NCBI GenBank assembly: GCA_013239625.1
Contig: MU053652.1
Span: forward strand, 7,525,027-7,589,026
Direction of reading: 5' to 3'
From: Lama guanicoe
Lineage: Eukaryota
DNA: 64,000 bases
Shown here: one piece after another, positions 39,200-51,484 of the stretch
Layout of the letters: the number at the start of each line of letters is the position of its first letter
Numbering within the stretch: position 1 is the first letter of the stretch
Translations under genes and position numbers: made by a program
Notes under the pieces: generated by a model
What the model was told of the DNA's origin: nothing
The model's input: only the letters and a program-made list of their open reading frames with translations
Databases searched by the model: none

Positions 39200-39805
39200 T
39201 GAAAAGTGTTTGGTTCTAAACATTTAATGGCACAGCTGATAGAATTTTTCTTAAAAATGGGAATGTGGTGTAAGAAAGAGTGAGGAAAAGAATGGTGCCA
39301 CATTTGGCCTGGGCAACTAAGAAAATGGAGTTACTACTCCTGAGACAAGGACGATTCTGGGAGCTGCAGGCGTAGGGGTGGGGTAGGAGGAGTTAGAACT
39401 CAGTTTTGGAAATACTAACTTTGAGAAGCCTATTCAACAACCAAGTGGAGATGTTGGTAGGCCATTGAATGTAAGTTTGGTGTTTAGTGGAGATATTCAG
39501 TCTGGAGAAATAATTTTGAGTCAGTGACACCAAATATGTGATTTTTTTAAGCTTCTTTTTTTTTTAAAACTTTTTTTATTGAGTTATAGTCATTTTACAA
39601 TGTTGCATCAAATTCCAGTGTAGAGCACAATTTTTCAGTTATACATGAACGTACATATATTCATTGTCACCTTTTTTTCACTATGAGCTACCATAAGATC
39701 TTGTATATATTTCCCTGTGCTATACAGTATAATTTTGTTTATTTATTCTACATTTTGAAATCCCAGTTATGAAACTGTTGAAATCACCAAAGGAGTAAAG
39801 GCAAA
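39200..39805 (-). mobile_element. L2 fragment split by a young L1
   Basis: ttggcctgggcaact…ctcagttttgga…tttgagaagcctatt…ccaagtggagatgt…; resumes after 39767 as tatgaaactgttgaaatcacc. Confidence 0.75.
39556..39767 (-). mobile_element. Young camelid-type L1 3' end (212 bp)
   Basis: Reverse complement aligns with about 32-244 of this window; T-tail on the left. Confidence 0.9.
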
Positions 39806-40679
39806 TATAAAATTTAAAAAAATAGAATGTGTGTAAGTATATACATAAATAGAAGCATCTGTGTTCACTGAAAACAAATGATATGGGTTGGAGAACTTTA
39901 TAATATAGTTCTGCCTTTTAACAAATTCTTCCATACATAGACCTCAGATAAACTGAACTCACTCTAAGAAACCCAAATTTAACTTAATTTGCTACTGGTT
40001 CTCTTGGAACTGAAAATAATTCAGTTGATACTGTAAAAGCAGAGTGGAATTCGGTTGTACTGAGCCTTCAAGGCAATGGGACAGAGGAAATAGTGGAGTG
40101 ACATTAATCTGGGAACAGAACCATTTCTAAAAGAAGCCAAACATAGCACTGGGATCACAAATTATATGCAAGCCTTGAGATTTTAATAATGTTGTCACAT
40201 CAGAGTTATCTGTTCTCTGTTGCTTTATACATAAGTATGTTTAACTTTTATTATAACAAAATAAGACAGGGCATTTGGAGTGAAAGGTCAAGATAATAAA
40301 TCTGCTCATATGAACCCAGTCTATCCAGACACTATTGATTTTGTTGTCTGTATCTGCTCCAAAAATTTCCTGTAACAACTTTAAAGCTCATCAATCAAAT
40401 CTATCCTATATATAAAACATGTACAAGGCAAAGCCAATAGGAAATACTTATTCTTTTCAGCACTTACAGTCCTGCCTACTTAGCAGTATTTTGTGATCAG
40501 GATCATATTTCTCATATGATTGATAGTACTCTGTCTAGAAATGATCATACTAAGTCTGGTCATACAACTTTGATCACTCTATATTCATTGTTGAACTAGC
40601 TCTACTCATGAGATAATAGTGTGAGCTATATCCGTGGATTCTATTAAAGATTAAAATATTTTATTGATGATCTTAAGCA

Positions 40680-41760
40680 AATCAGACACAAAAGCAAAGA
40701 TGCTAAGCTGAAAAGTTTGATCAATTCAATTACATCACATTGAAAACCTTCCAAATGACATTGTAAAACAAAGGTAAAACTGGCACTAAAAACCTTGTAA
40801 AATGTAAAGCAGGCAAAAAAAAAAAATCCAATATATATATATATATTCTCTCTATTTATAGAGAGGGGGGAAAAGGACGTGAACTAGAAATTTACATAGG
40901 ATGATACAAGAATCATCAAAAAAAGCAAATGATAAATTCAACTTCACTGATAATCGGGAAAATGCAAATTAAAAGAGTGAGATGTAATATCTCACTATTA
41001 AATTGGCAAATGTGTTAGGCTGACAATTCCAAATGTAGACAAGGGTATAGGTAAATGGGTATTCTCCAGTTTTGCTGGTTGGAGTGGAAATTGGTATTAC
41101 CTCTTTAAAGAGCAGTTTTGTGATAGCTAGCAAGGTTGAAAACATCTGCAACTTACAGCTCAGCAATTCCTTTTCTAAGTATACACCCCTGAGAAATTTT
41201 TGCACATGTGTTCAAGGAGTTATATTCACAAATATTCATTGTGACATTGTTGAAATTTTAAAAACTGAAGGCAATCAAAATGTTATTAACAGATGAATGG
41301 ATAAATAAATCATGGTATACTTATGTGATGGAATAGATCTCTGTTACAACACTAAATGAACAGTGTAATACTAAATGAAGCATGATACTAAATGAAAGGG
41401 AGCTAGTTCTACATTACCAGGTAACGATAATATGATTTTGATAATTATACAATAAAATTTATGTAAAATTTTAAATCTCACAGAAGATTATATGCTTTCA
41501 TAGATGTGTACCTATGTTAAAATGTAGACAGAGCATAAATATAAAGAATAAACTTCACAAGAGTGGCTGCCTTAGACAAGAAGGAAGAGGAGTGGGTCTG
41601 GTAAAACGTACATAAGCGTATCGTCGAGTTATCTTTCTTAAAAAATGATTTGAAGCAAATGCTGTGAATCGTTAATGTTTATTAATTTCAATGGTAGTAT
41701 ATGTAAGGTTACCATATTTCTCTATATACTTTTCTATCAGGAAATTATACGTTTTTAAAA
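40680..41760 (+). mobile_element. Ancient L1 (L1ME-like) ORF2 end / 3' UTR
   Basis: aacttcactgataatcgggaaaatgcaaattaaaa…cagcaattcc…gatgaatggataaataaatcatggtatac; ends approximate. Confidence 0.8.
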
Positions 41761-42489
41761 ATTGAAATCTAGTTGATTTGCAATGTTGTTATATGTTATA
41801 TGTTAGTTTATATGGTTATATATTTAATACATACATACATATGTATATACATACAAATGGTGTATATAGTTATGTATTTTTATTAAATGTAGTAACTTAG
41901 GGGTCATTGTTATATTACATAAACATTTATAATCTGATATATTTTTAACAGTATTTAGTGTTGGCATCATATAGTCATTTTGAAAAGGTTACAGTAGAAC
42001 TATCCCTTTACGGATGACGTTTTTAAGCCAGGACCAATAATTTCCAGCTGAAATGTATTTCCTCTAAATTCTACACCTTCTGGTAACTTCTGATCTACTC
42101 ATCTTCTTTGACGGCTTCACATGCTCATGGCGAGATCCTTACGCCTCCCCAGCAGTCACAGCCTCTTTATCCCTGCCTGCCTCCATGACCACAAGGTGTA
42201 TCCCACCACACCATTTATTCGTATTTTGCTACTTTGACAAGCCTTAGCGAGCAGGCTGAGATGCCCTGACTACACAGCTTTTAAACATTAGATAATCTCT
42301 CTTTCCACAGTGGAAACCATAAAAGTAATGTTTTTTTAAAATCCCATCAAGCTCGTTAAAAAGAATCCGTTCCTATCCTAATAATTTTAATGCCATCATA
42401 AAAACTTACATTGGGATTTTGGTGGCTTATAATTTCAAATAAAATGAGACAGAAGGAAAGTCTTCTTTGTAAAGTATGTATTTCTTCAT

Positions 42490-42635
42490 TTAACCTTTGA
42501 GTGAAGCAGGAATATTAACCTATTGCTGGAGGAAGAAACTGAGGCTTCAAGAGGGTGACTTGCCCCAAATATCATAGGTAGTAGAGTATTCAAACTCAGG
42601 ATCATCTGACCTAATTCATTTTCCTTTCACAGCAA
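42490..42635 (-). mobile_element. MIR fragment
   Basis: gaagaaactgaggcttcaagagggtgacttgccccaaatatcata…attcaaactcagg. Confidence 0.7.
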
Positions 42636-43399
42636 GCTGCCTCCCTGAACTTGTCTCTCTTCTCTTTTCTGACATAGATAGAAACATAGGTACATGTGGA
42701 GTCTTTTGGAGAATTTCCCTCAGATAGGGAGGAGGGGAAAGTCATGCTCAAATTTATTTTCTCCTGGAAACAACCCTGAATCACTCCATATGATCTTGTT
42801 TAATTTCCATGTAAAATCAACTTCAATATTTCTGAGTTGAATGTGTACTCTATTACAAAACATTGTCACTTATCAATGCTTTGTTTTCTTCTATGTTTCT
42901 TGATAATTTTGACCCCTCAGATTTTAAACTTTAACATACAAGGAAGTATATTATTTATTTCTGATGGAAAGAAAACATGCTCAAACCTAGTTCTTTCTCT
43001 TGAAAAATAAAAAAATAAATTTTTAAGTATTCCACAATAAAAAGTTAAAAAAAAAAGAAAACATGTTCATTAAAAAGAAAACATGTTCATTAAAAAGAAT
43101 TTGGAATACTGAAAAAAACACAATCACAAAAACTAACATCATTCATCATCCAATGACCCAGAAATAAAATTATTAACATTATGGAGTTTTCAACTCCTTT
43201 TATTCTATGAATATATTTATACATTAATATATACTTTTTCCCCCAAATTGTACTATATCATACTTTTAATTTCATATTGCTGTCTGCATTTGATTATGTC
43301 ATCACGTTATTAAATGCATGCCACCATCTTATTTAATTTTCTATCTATATCTATGAAGGAGATAAATCTGGTGTATGTGTCCGCACATGTGGGTTGTGG

Positions 43400-43604
43400 C
43401 GCAGCATGCGCTGGCACTGACTTGTGACAGCTTGTAAGAACCACTTACGTGTATGTCTTCCCAACATTGCTCTCAGTGAAGTCACGCAGTAGTTTGAAAG
43501 CAACCATGTCAGTAATAGCTACACCTTGCAAAGAGGAAATTGCTGTAACTTGGGTTTTTTTTTCCTCTTAATTTCCAGGGAACTAGTTTACCAGTACACT
43601 ACTG
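43400..43604. mobile_element. MER63A-like hAT DNA transposon
   Basis: tcttcccaac…tcagtgaagtcacgcagtagtttgaaa…tacacc…gtttaccagtacactactg terminus. Confidence 0.75.
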
Positions 43605-43709
43605 GGTTTGGGTGTACAAGGTATGCTAACCTCATAAAATTAAAGAAGATGAGCATATTTTGGTGCTCTAGAAACTTTTATGTGGCATGCACATTATCTG
43701 CCTCCTAAA

Positions 43710-44152
43710 GGGGAGAAATTGGACGTCACACAGATTGCTGGTAGGAATGCAAAGCGGTACAGACACTCTGGAAGACAGTACAGCCCGTATGAAAGTAAAG
43801 ATACCATATGACCCAACAATCACACTCTTGGGCATTTTCCCAGAGAAATGAAAATGTACAGATCTGCATGCAAGCCTGTCTACTAATGGTAGTAGCAGCT
43901 TTATCCAAATTGGAAGTAGCTGAAATGTCCTTCAGTAGTGAGTGGCTAAAGGTAGTCATCCACAATCATGGCGTGTTTCTCAACAATTAAAAAGAATGGA
44001 CTATTGTTGTGCACAAGAACTTGGATGGATTTCAGGAGAATTATCCTGAGTGAAAAGAGCCAGTCCCCAAAGTCTACATAATATTTGATTCTATTTATAT
44101 AACAGTCTTGAGAATAAGACTATTGTAGAGATGGAGAACAGAATAGTGGTTC
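43710..44152 (+). mobile_element. Old L1 (L1MB/MC-like) ORF2 end / 3' UTR fragment
   Basis: attgctggtaggaatgcaaag…taccatatgacccaacaatcacactcttgggcattttcccagagaaatgaaaa…ctgagtgaaaagagccagtc. Confidence 0.85.
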
Positions 44153-44208
44153 AAAACAAAGAAACAATTTTACCTTTACAGAGACTTTGTCTGCATTTGG
44201 TTACTAAC

Positions 44209-44643
44209 TATATTAGTGTGAACGGGCTGATCTATATTAGTGTGAACGGGCTGCCATGACAGAATACCACGTACTGGTTGGCTCAAACAGCAAACATTTG
44301 TTTTCTCATAGTTCTGGAGGCTGGAAGTGCAAGATCAAGGTATCGGTAGGTTTGTTGTCTTCTGAGGTGTCTCTCCTCGGCTTGCAAATGGCACCTTCTG
44401 TGTCTTCACACGGTCTTTCTTCCCTGCATGAGCGTCCCTGGTGCCTCTCTGAGTCCAAACTTCTTTTTGTTATAAAAGATTCCAGTCAGATTGGATTATG
44501 GTCAACTCTGAGGGCCTCATGTTAACTTAATCACCTCTTAAAGGCCCCATCTCCAATAAAGTCAAAAAAATAAAGCCTGTGGTGCTGGAGATTAGAGTTT
44601 CAGCATATGAATTTTGAGGGGGCACACACTTCAGTCCGTAACA
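44209..44643 (-). mobile_element. MaLR solo LTR (MLT1B-like)
   Basis: gggctgccatgacagaataccac…agttctggaggctggaagtgcaagatcaagg…ccagtcagattggatt…catatgaatttt…gtaaca; TSD CTAAC/CTAAG. Confidence 0.9.
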
Positions 44644-47182
44644 CTAAGGAAACCATAGAGTGAGTGTTTTCATTTCTCTTTTTCCCCCTGTTTGTTGCTT
44701 ATAAGAAAGTCCTTAAATTGACTCTTTAAGAAACAGTTCATATTTGTGCCGCTTTTCTTATCTACTCAGAAAGACCAACAACTAAAGATTACAGTTGAAG
44801 CTCTGGCCAGCACTGGGGAGGGTTGTCCTTCTCTTGAGACAACCACATTCAACATCAGAGAAGCTGCCAGTCGCCCACGAAGTCACGGTTGTCTAGATCC
44901 CCTCACTGCACTGCAGGGCAAGGCCCCCACCCAAGTGCCTGATGCTCACAGTCTCTCTTAACAACTGTCCCAGCTTCCAGCAGGAAAGCACTGTCATATA
45001 TGTGCTCTTCCTCTGACTCTTTGGGGTCATTTCCTTTTCCTTGTGAAACAGTATGCTTTTCCTTATACCTTATGCTGACAGAGGAATATTTTTGAATAAA
45101 CAAGATTGTGGGCTTGCCTTTAGTGTGCATCTCTTCTCATTACGTGTTGATCACATTCTCTTCCCAGGAATTGATGTGCACAATTCCCAGTTCAGCTCTC
45201 CGTCCTTCACGTGGGAATGCATCATGCTTCTGCCTTCAGCAATTTTTGTTAGAACTCTTCCTCCTAGGGTGACACGGGCCCCATTAGGCCCTCCTAACCC
45301 TCACCCCACAATTCCTACTCACTTGGTCTCTAGACATTACTATCTTTGTGTGTACATTAAAAAGGAATAACCAGGTAAAGGGAAAAGGCAAATGCTTATT
45401 CTGATCCCTTGACAAATCTGCACTTATAATTTTATTACTATTTATTTCTTACTAACATCTAAAATTGTCCATGTATAAGAATATATCTGATAAAAAGATA
45501 TTTTTTGAAATGTCAGATCAGTTATTATACAGTTTCCTTATAAATTCATATCCATCCATCAGCAAACAATTTTGAGTATTTACTATATGTCTGCCATTTT
45601 CTAGGTACCAACAGGTGCTAACTATATGAAGAGAAATGTTTTTTAATATCCTTTGTCCACAATGTAGCTGGCAAAGCTTGTATTCAACGACCTGACTTAT
45701 AGTTAGAAAGGAAAGTTGTTAAGCACTTAAGAAACACCCTAACTGACAAAATATTTTGACATGTCTTCATCCCATTTTAATATCAGTAAGATCTCTTTTG
45801 CACTGTGACTTATACACACATACACCCAATGTGGCAAATTTGTTACACTCTCCCTGTGAAGAAACGTAAATGCTACTGTTCTCAGTTCAAGTTCTCAAGG
45901 CATTTAACCTGATGGTCATTCCATTTTACAAAAACACAAAATATTCCAAATTTAGTATTTACAGAATCCTACTTTAGTTCAAACTTCTTTCCTTTTCTTT
46001 ACTCGGCAAAACTGAAGTTTCTTTTCCTTCTCTATCACCAACAACTGGTTGATTTTACTGGGTCATATGGATACACACAGCAGGAGCAAGCATTTAGATG
46101 TTATACCTAAAGACTTAACAGAGAGAAAAATAGAAGCCTCAAATAGATAAGAGTTATTTTTGAAAAAAAAAATCCATGAACATGAATTCAGTTAGATACA
46201 TCTATCCATTACATAAATTGTACTTTAAAAACTATTGGTGTTTTTCTCTTGATGTTTGCCATTGATTGGTATGAACATCTCAGTCTGAAATGAGAAGTAT
46301 CTTTCCTACATGTAAAGAAATTACATGAAGATTATTAGCATGACATTAGGAAAGTGTATATAGAAATGGTCTGCGATCTAGAACATATAGTTCTATTCTC
46401 ACTCCAATTTATGACTCTGTGAAAACCTGCATTCTGTGTGGTTTGTAACTATAACAACCAATTTAAGGCCAATCTAAACAGTAAGTTTCCAAGAGACAAA
46501 TGTCTTACATTGTCATCAAATGTCAGCTCAAACCTGGGGCAATAGTAGAGGCTGTGACTAGAGGTTAATTAAGCCATTTGTGGTCAGTGTTTCATTTTTC
46601 TTGTTTAAGAAACAATGACACAGTGAAAAATAGCAGATTTTTCTCCTCTCTTCCCCCTATTCTCTCTCTGTTCCTTTGATCTATAGTATTAGCACATTTT
46701 CTTTCCTTCCTCTAGACTTACATTATTACAAGCCAAGAATTAATTTGTGATTCTTTCAGTGTTTTTCTTCTATTTTTCAATCTACTTATCAGTGTACATT
46801 TAAAGCATAGTTTCTAGGATAAAATGGGAATCATGCCAAAAACATTTGGCATTTAACTAATTTATCAAATAGATATCAAATACTCTATTTAACTGCAGAA
46901 TATGTATGAATTAGCCCAAAATGTCTGATACTGGGAAAAGGAAATAGAAAAATCCCCACATTAAAAAAAAAGAAGCAATAAGGAATCCATGTTTTAGAAT
47001 ATTCCAAGCAGTATTTTTCCATGAAAAAAAAAACACTTAGAAAAATTTTTTAAATTATGTTGAAGTTGTCAATAAATACTTTTAGAAGGGGTAATTTAAA
47101 GGACAATTAAAACTCCTCACAAAAAAAAAATACATTGCTTTGAAGGATCTTTTTCTTAAGATCATGATTTAATGAAAATATA

Positions 47183-47323
47183 TAGTCACCCTTTCATATT
47201 CAGGAATGCAGATACAGGACCCACTGTGCTGCAAGATTTTATATAAGGGACTTGAGCATCCCTGAAGTTTGGTATCCATGGGGATCCTGGAATCAATCCC
47301 CCTGAGATACCAAGGGAGGACCA
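47183..47323. mobile_element. Tigger3/MER2-family MITE
   Basis: ttttatataagggacttgagcatcc…tttggtatccatggggatcctggaatcaatcccc…gataccaaggga; TA flanks. Confidence 0.8.
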
Positions 47324-47327
47324 TATA

Positions 47328-47459
47328 AGTCTTTCCCCTGACTCCTGTCGGCAAAGTGTGCTCCTAACAACTGCCTGTTTGGCACTGCCTTTTTGGAATA
47401 GATTTCTGCTTAAATAAATTCTTAAAATTTTTTAATACTCCTCAGTTTATCTTTTAACA
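47328..47459 (+). mobile_element. 3' fragment of an ERV1-type LTR
   Basis: AATAAA followed by ttcttaaaatttt…cctcagtttatcttttaaca terminus. Confidence 0.5.
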
Positions 47460-47792
47460 GATCTATAAACTGGTATTAACACACCCATTTATAGGTTATT
47501 AAAACCTCCATGTTTAGGCTTTCCTACTTCAGCGAATCTGAAATATTCGCTCGGTGGTAAAGAGCTGGTTCTTATTCAGTAATGAAAAGATATGGAGGAA
47601 AAACAGCCAAACATTTCTTTCTTTTTTCAGTTTGTCATTGGGTTGAATTTAGATTAGATAACATTTTGAGAAACCTTGCACTCAATTTTTTTGAATCGCA
47701 TGATATAAAGACTATCTTCTGTTTGAATGGAAACGTTTGTGAATGTGCTTCATCATTTGCCAAGTGCTAGTGAACGTAAACTGTTATTACTA

Positions 47793-47981
47793 CAGTCAGT
47801 CCTCTGCGTCTGTGGATTCTGCATTTTGATCCTTGGTTGGTTGAATCTGTGGATACAGAACCTGAAGTCACAGAGGATGGACTGTATCACCCCGCCTTAT
47901 ATGAGGGACGTGAGCATCTGCAGATTTTGGTATCCTCGGGGCTCCTGGAACCACTCCCCAGTGGATACTGAGGGGTGGCTC
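47793..47981. mobile_element. Tigger3/MER2-family MITE (second copy)
   Basis: TA-cagtcagtcctctgcgtctgtggattctgc…gagggacgtgagcatctgcagattttggtatcc…ggatactgagggg. Confidence 0.82.
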
Positions 47982-49429
47982 TTAAAGGTTGAAAGTCACA
48001 CAAACAGGCGATTTTGAAAGTATATATAAACTCTAGAAACAGGAAAAGAACTTTGCATTTTTAATTTTCCAAGTTTTATCTTGCCATGGGGTAGCCTTGG
48101 GTCTGGAGTTTTCATTTATGTTTTATGTTTGTTCATTTATATCTGAAAGAAGTTATGTGCTGAGCTTTTACTTAGAAGATAATTCTAGTGAAAGAGTTTA
48201 TTTAATCTTTCTCATGAAGAGTAAGTGTGAGCAGGACTTTCACTTTAAGATGCTGGTGTTGTTTTCATCTCCTCTCTCCTTTCAGTATACATAGGCACAT
48301 ACAGAATAAAATGGACTAACCAAAATTCCCTATTAATGGACCATTTTTTATATCTTCTCATTAAATATAGCATACTCTTTTAAAATTCTGATTACTAAAT
48401 ATCTACCTTATAAATCCATTAACTTTTCCTTATAGGTAACTAATAGTAAACAAAAGTAAAATTTCTTAGAGAAGTTTCTCCCTTTTCAGGTGGAACTACT
48501 TATGCACAGAAACAACCATAGGCATAATATTCACTGATCACAAGATGTAGCATGATTTTTTAAAAAAACTAATAGCTCATAGTTTTGCAAATTTCCCCTT
48601 TCATGAAAAAATTTAGTTCAGAAAAAATACTGTATTTTATGTATATACCTATTTTATAAACTGACATCACAAACACACATGGTCATATATGGTTTAATGT
48701 CCTGGTTTGAGTCAGTTTTTAAAACAACAGGTTAATTGATTTTTAAATGAATTGGGAAGAAATTTTTGACAGTTACGGAATTCAATAATGCTAACATTTT
48801 TAAAAACTGGATTTAAAGCTCTTTTTAAATGGAATGACAAACTCCAATAGCTTACTGAAAATAAACTTGGATGCAAGTTTTAGCATTCTTGTGGAAATCT
48901 GCCAAAAAAGCTTTCACTAGATAACAATCACTATAATTATAACAGCAACTGACAATGGTTTAAACATGACCCCCACATACATCCTTTTAGAAATCACAAT
49001 GCTCTTAAACAATAACATGGCCAATGACAGGGCTATGGGTATGAGTATGAGAAGCCAGGGTGACAAGAATGGGGAAGGTAGGTGGCCCATACAAAGAGAA
49101 GACCACCAAACCTGCTGAGATGATTTACATAATTAATTTTGTGCTTGTATTGACAAGGTTATTTTCAATTTGACATTTTGCCATCCTTTTTTATTTTACT
49201 GATAATTTTAGAAAGCTTTTCCATGAGTTGATATACATTGACTTGAAGTTGGGGCATTGAGAGCATTTTGATAAAGTAGCCCCTTTCTTTGTATTCCTTT
49301 GATTTACATTGTTCCACACTAGTAATCAATTAAATATTTTAAAAGAAAGTTTACAATTTCAGAAGCAGATGCTTTATTTACCCAATATATAAAGTTAGCT
49401 ATTTTTCATACTAAATTTAACTCATACTC

Positions 49430-49562
49430 AGTATATATGCATACACATACATATATAGCATGTGTACATATGTATGTATTTGTATCATACACATATACAC
49501 ACATATAGATATGTACATATATACATATATATACACACACAGACACATATATACATATATGT
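49430..49562. repeat. Compound (TA)/(CA) simple repeat
   Basis: Direct observation. Confidence 0.9.
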
Positions 49563-50758
49563 TAGTATAGCAGAATATTTCTTTTACTTAGGAATTGAAT
49601 AAACATAGAGTCCAAAATAATCGGACATAAAAAATGTAAATTAGCAGAAACACTAATTTTGCCTATGCGAAGCCCATAATCAGAATTTCGGTAGTTGGCT
49701 GTTTGAGTGTTTGTTATTTGTCCAAGACTCCAAAATTGAACCACTGATGTTTCTGGGAACAAACACAGCTTTGCTGTGGTCTAGAATAGTGTCCTGAATT
49801 GTGCTTCAGTAATCATATCATCTCTATTTCTCAAAGACTCCCTAGAGGAATAGATGTATCTCAAATGTTGCTGTGAAACAGGAAACTAGAGTGTAAAAGT
49901 CAAAAAATGGGATCTATGCTCTCAGCTACGATGTCTAGTTAATATGATCAAGACTCTCTTTTTTTAATGCTCTGCTAAAATAAATGAAAAACATCAGAGT
50001 AAAGGAAAAATCAACATTTTCAAAAGAAGATATAATTGATTTCCACCTACTGTTTAGTAATTAAAGCACTGTTTCATTCTATAACTTGTGTACCTCATTA
50101 ACTGTTTTCTACTTTTACATCTTTTCATGTTCCATGAGCTCTCTTCAACTACAATCCTATCTTTTCTGACGTTCTGTTCTTATCAGTTTAGTTGTAGAAT
50201 CTCCTGCACAAAAATGCCTCTCCAATTAATTTTACCCCATTCTGATTACTCACTTTATTTAGCATTTACATTACATATTTTGCATACACTAATATTTTTT
50301 TACTTGCTCTTAACAAAATTAGGGAATCTTTTGGATTATCAAAGAATTGTTCTATTATATTATATAATTTAAAACTCGTATTCTTATTTATAATGATTTA
50401 GTATTATAAACTAAAGACATTGCATTTACAAGAAAAATAATTTTTCTTGCCCTTAAAAATGTTAGAACAAATTCTATTACAAAATTTTGATGATAATCAG
50501 CTTTTAGAAAATTTAAGGATAATCATGTTTAATGTAGAAATCCTTTTCCAACTTCAAAACAAAGAATCTGAAAATTGAGTTTAAACATACTAAAAGTTGG
50601 AGCACAAATGGTTTAGATGGTTAATTTTTTTTTTTTTTCTGGGAAGGTCTCAAACTGCTTTCTATTAGTATTGTCATGTTTACATACACTGGCAGGTAAA
50701 GCCAAAGTCAGCGGTCTTTCCTGGGTGTAATAAACTTCTCAGGCTAATTTTAGTTTAA

Positions 50759-51484
50759 CAAAGTTTCTCAACAAAGGCAGTACCGCCCCCTAGGGGGTAT
50801 TTTGGAAATTTGTGGGGGTTTCTTAGGTGCCGCAATGATTGGGGTGGCACCACTTAAAATTACTGGAAGGGTGCTAAAGTTGCTCGATATCCTGCAATGA
50901 GTGGTACAGTCCCCCCCAAAAAGTTCTTTATCACACACCAGCACACAAACTTGAAACATCCTACTGAACTTTAATGTAGAAAGTCTGCTCTTAATTGTGT
51001 CCACCTAGAACCTATTCCCATTTTACATATAAACAAAGATTTTCTACAAAAATTTTAATTAACACTAAATTTTCTAAGAATGGGAACTACCATTTAACTT
51101 GAAGGAAGATTGTATCCTATTTTGTTTGAAAGTTTACCAGCCACTATTCAACATTTTGCCAACCACACTACTTCTCTATTTATGAGTTGCAAGAAGTCAC
51201 CCCTGTGTCAGTCTGCCCTTCCAGCGATCACATTCTGACGATTCCATACATCACTGTAAGTTTCTAACCCTTCATCGCATCTTCCAGTGTTGTTGTTCCT
51301 GAACATTAACATCACATATATGTTATTTTGTTACAAATAACTGCCCTTATATTTGATTGTTTTTAATTATGCATGCACATAGGTTATACTGCCTATAAAT
51401 TTCATTTCAGGACAGTAAAGCAAACACTACAAAGTATTTGTTATAGAAGCAGGACACTGGAGCTGATAAGGTAGAGAGCCACTG
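50759..51484 (+). mobile_element. MER20B-like hAT-Charlie DNA transposon, near full length
   Basis: 5' ttctcaac…gcagtaccgccccctagggggtattttggaaatttgtgggg…caatgattgggg…tcctgcaatg; 3' ctgataaggtagagagccactg. Confidence 0.8.
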
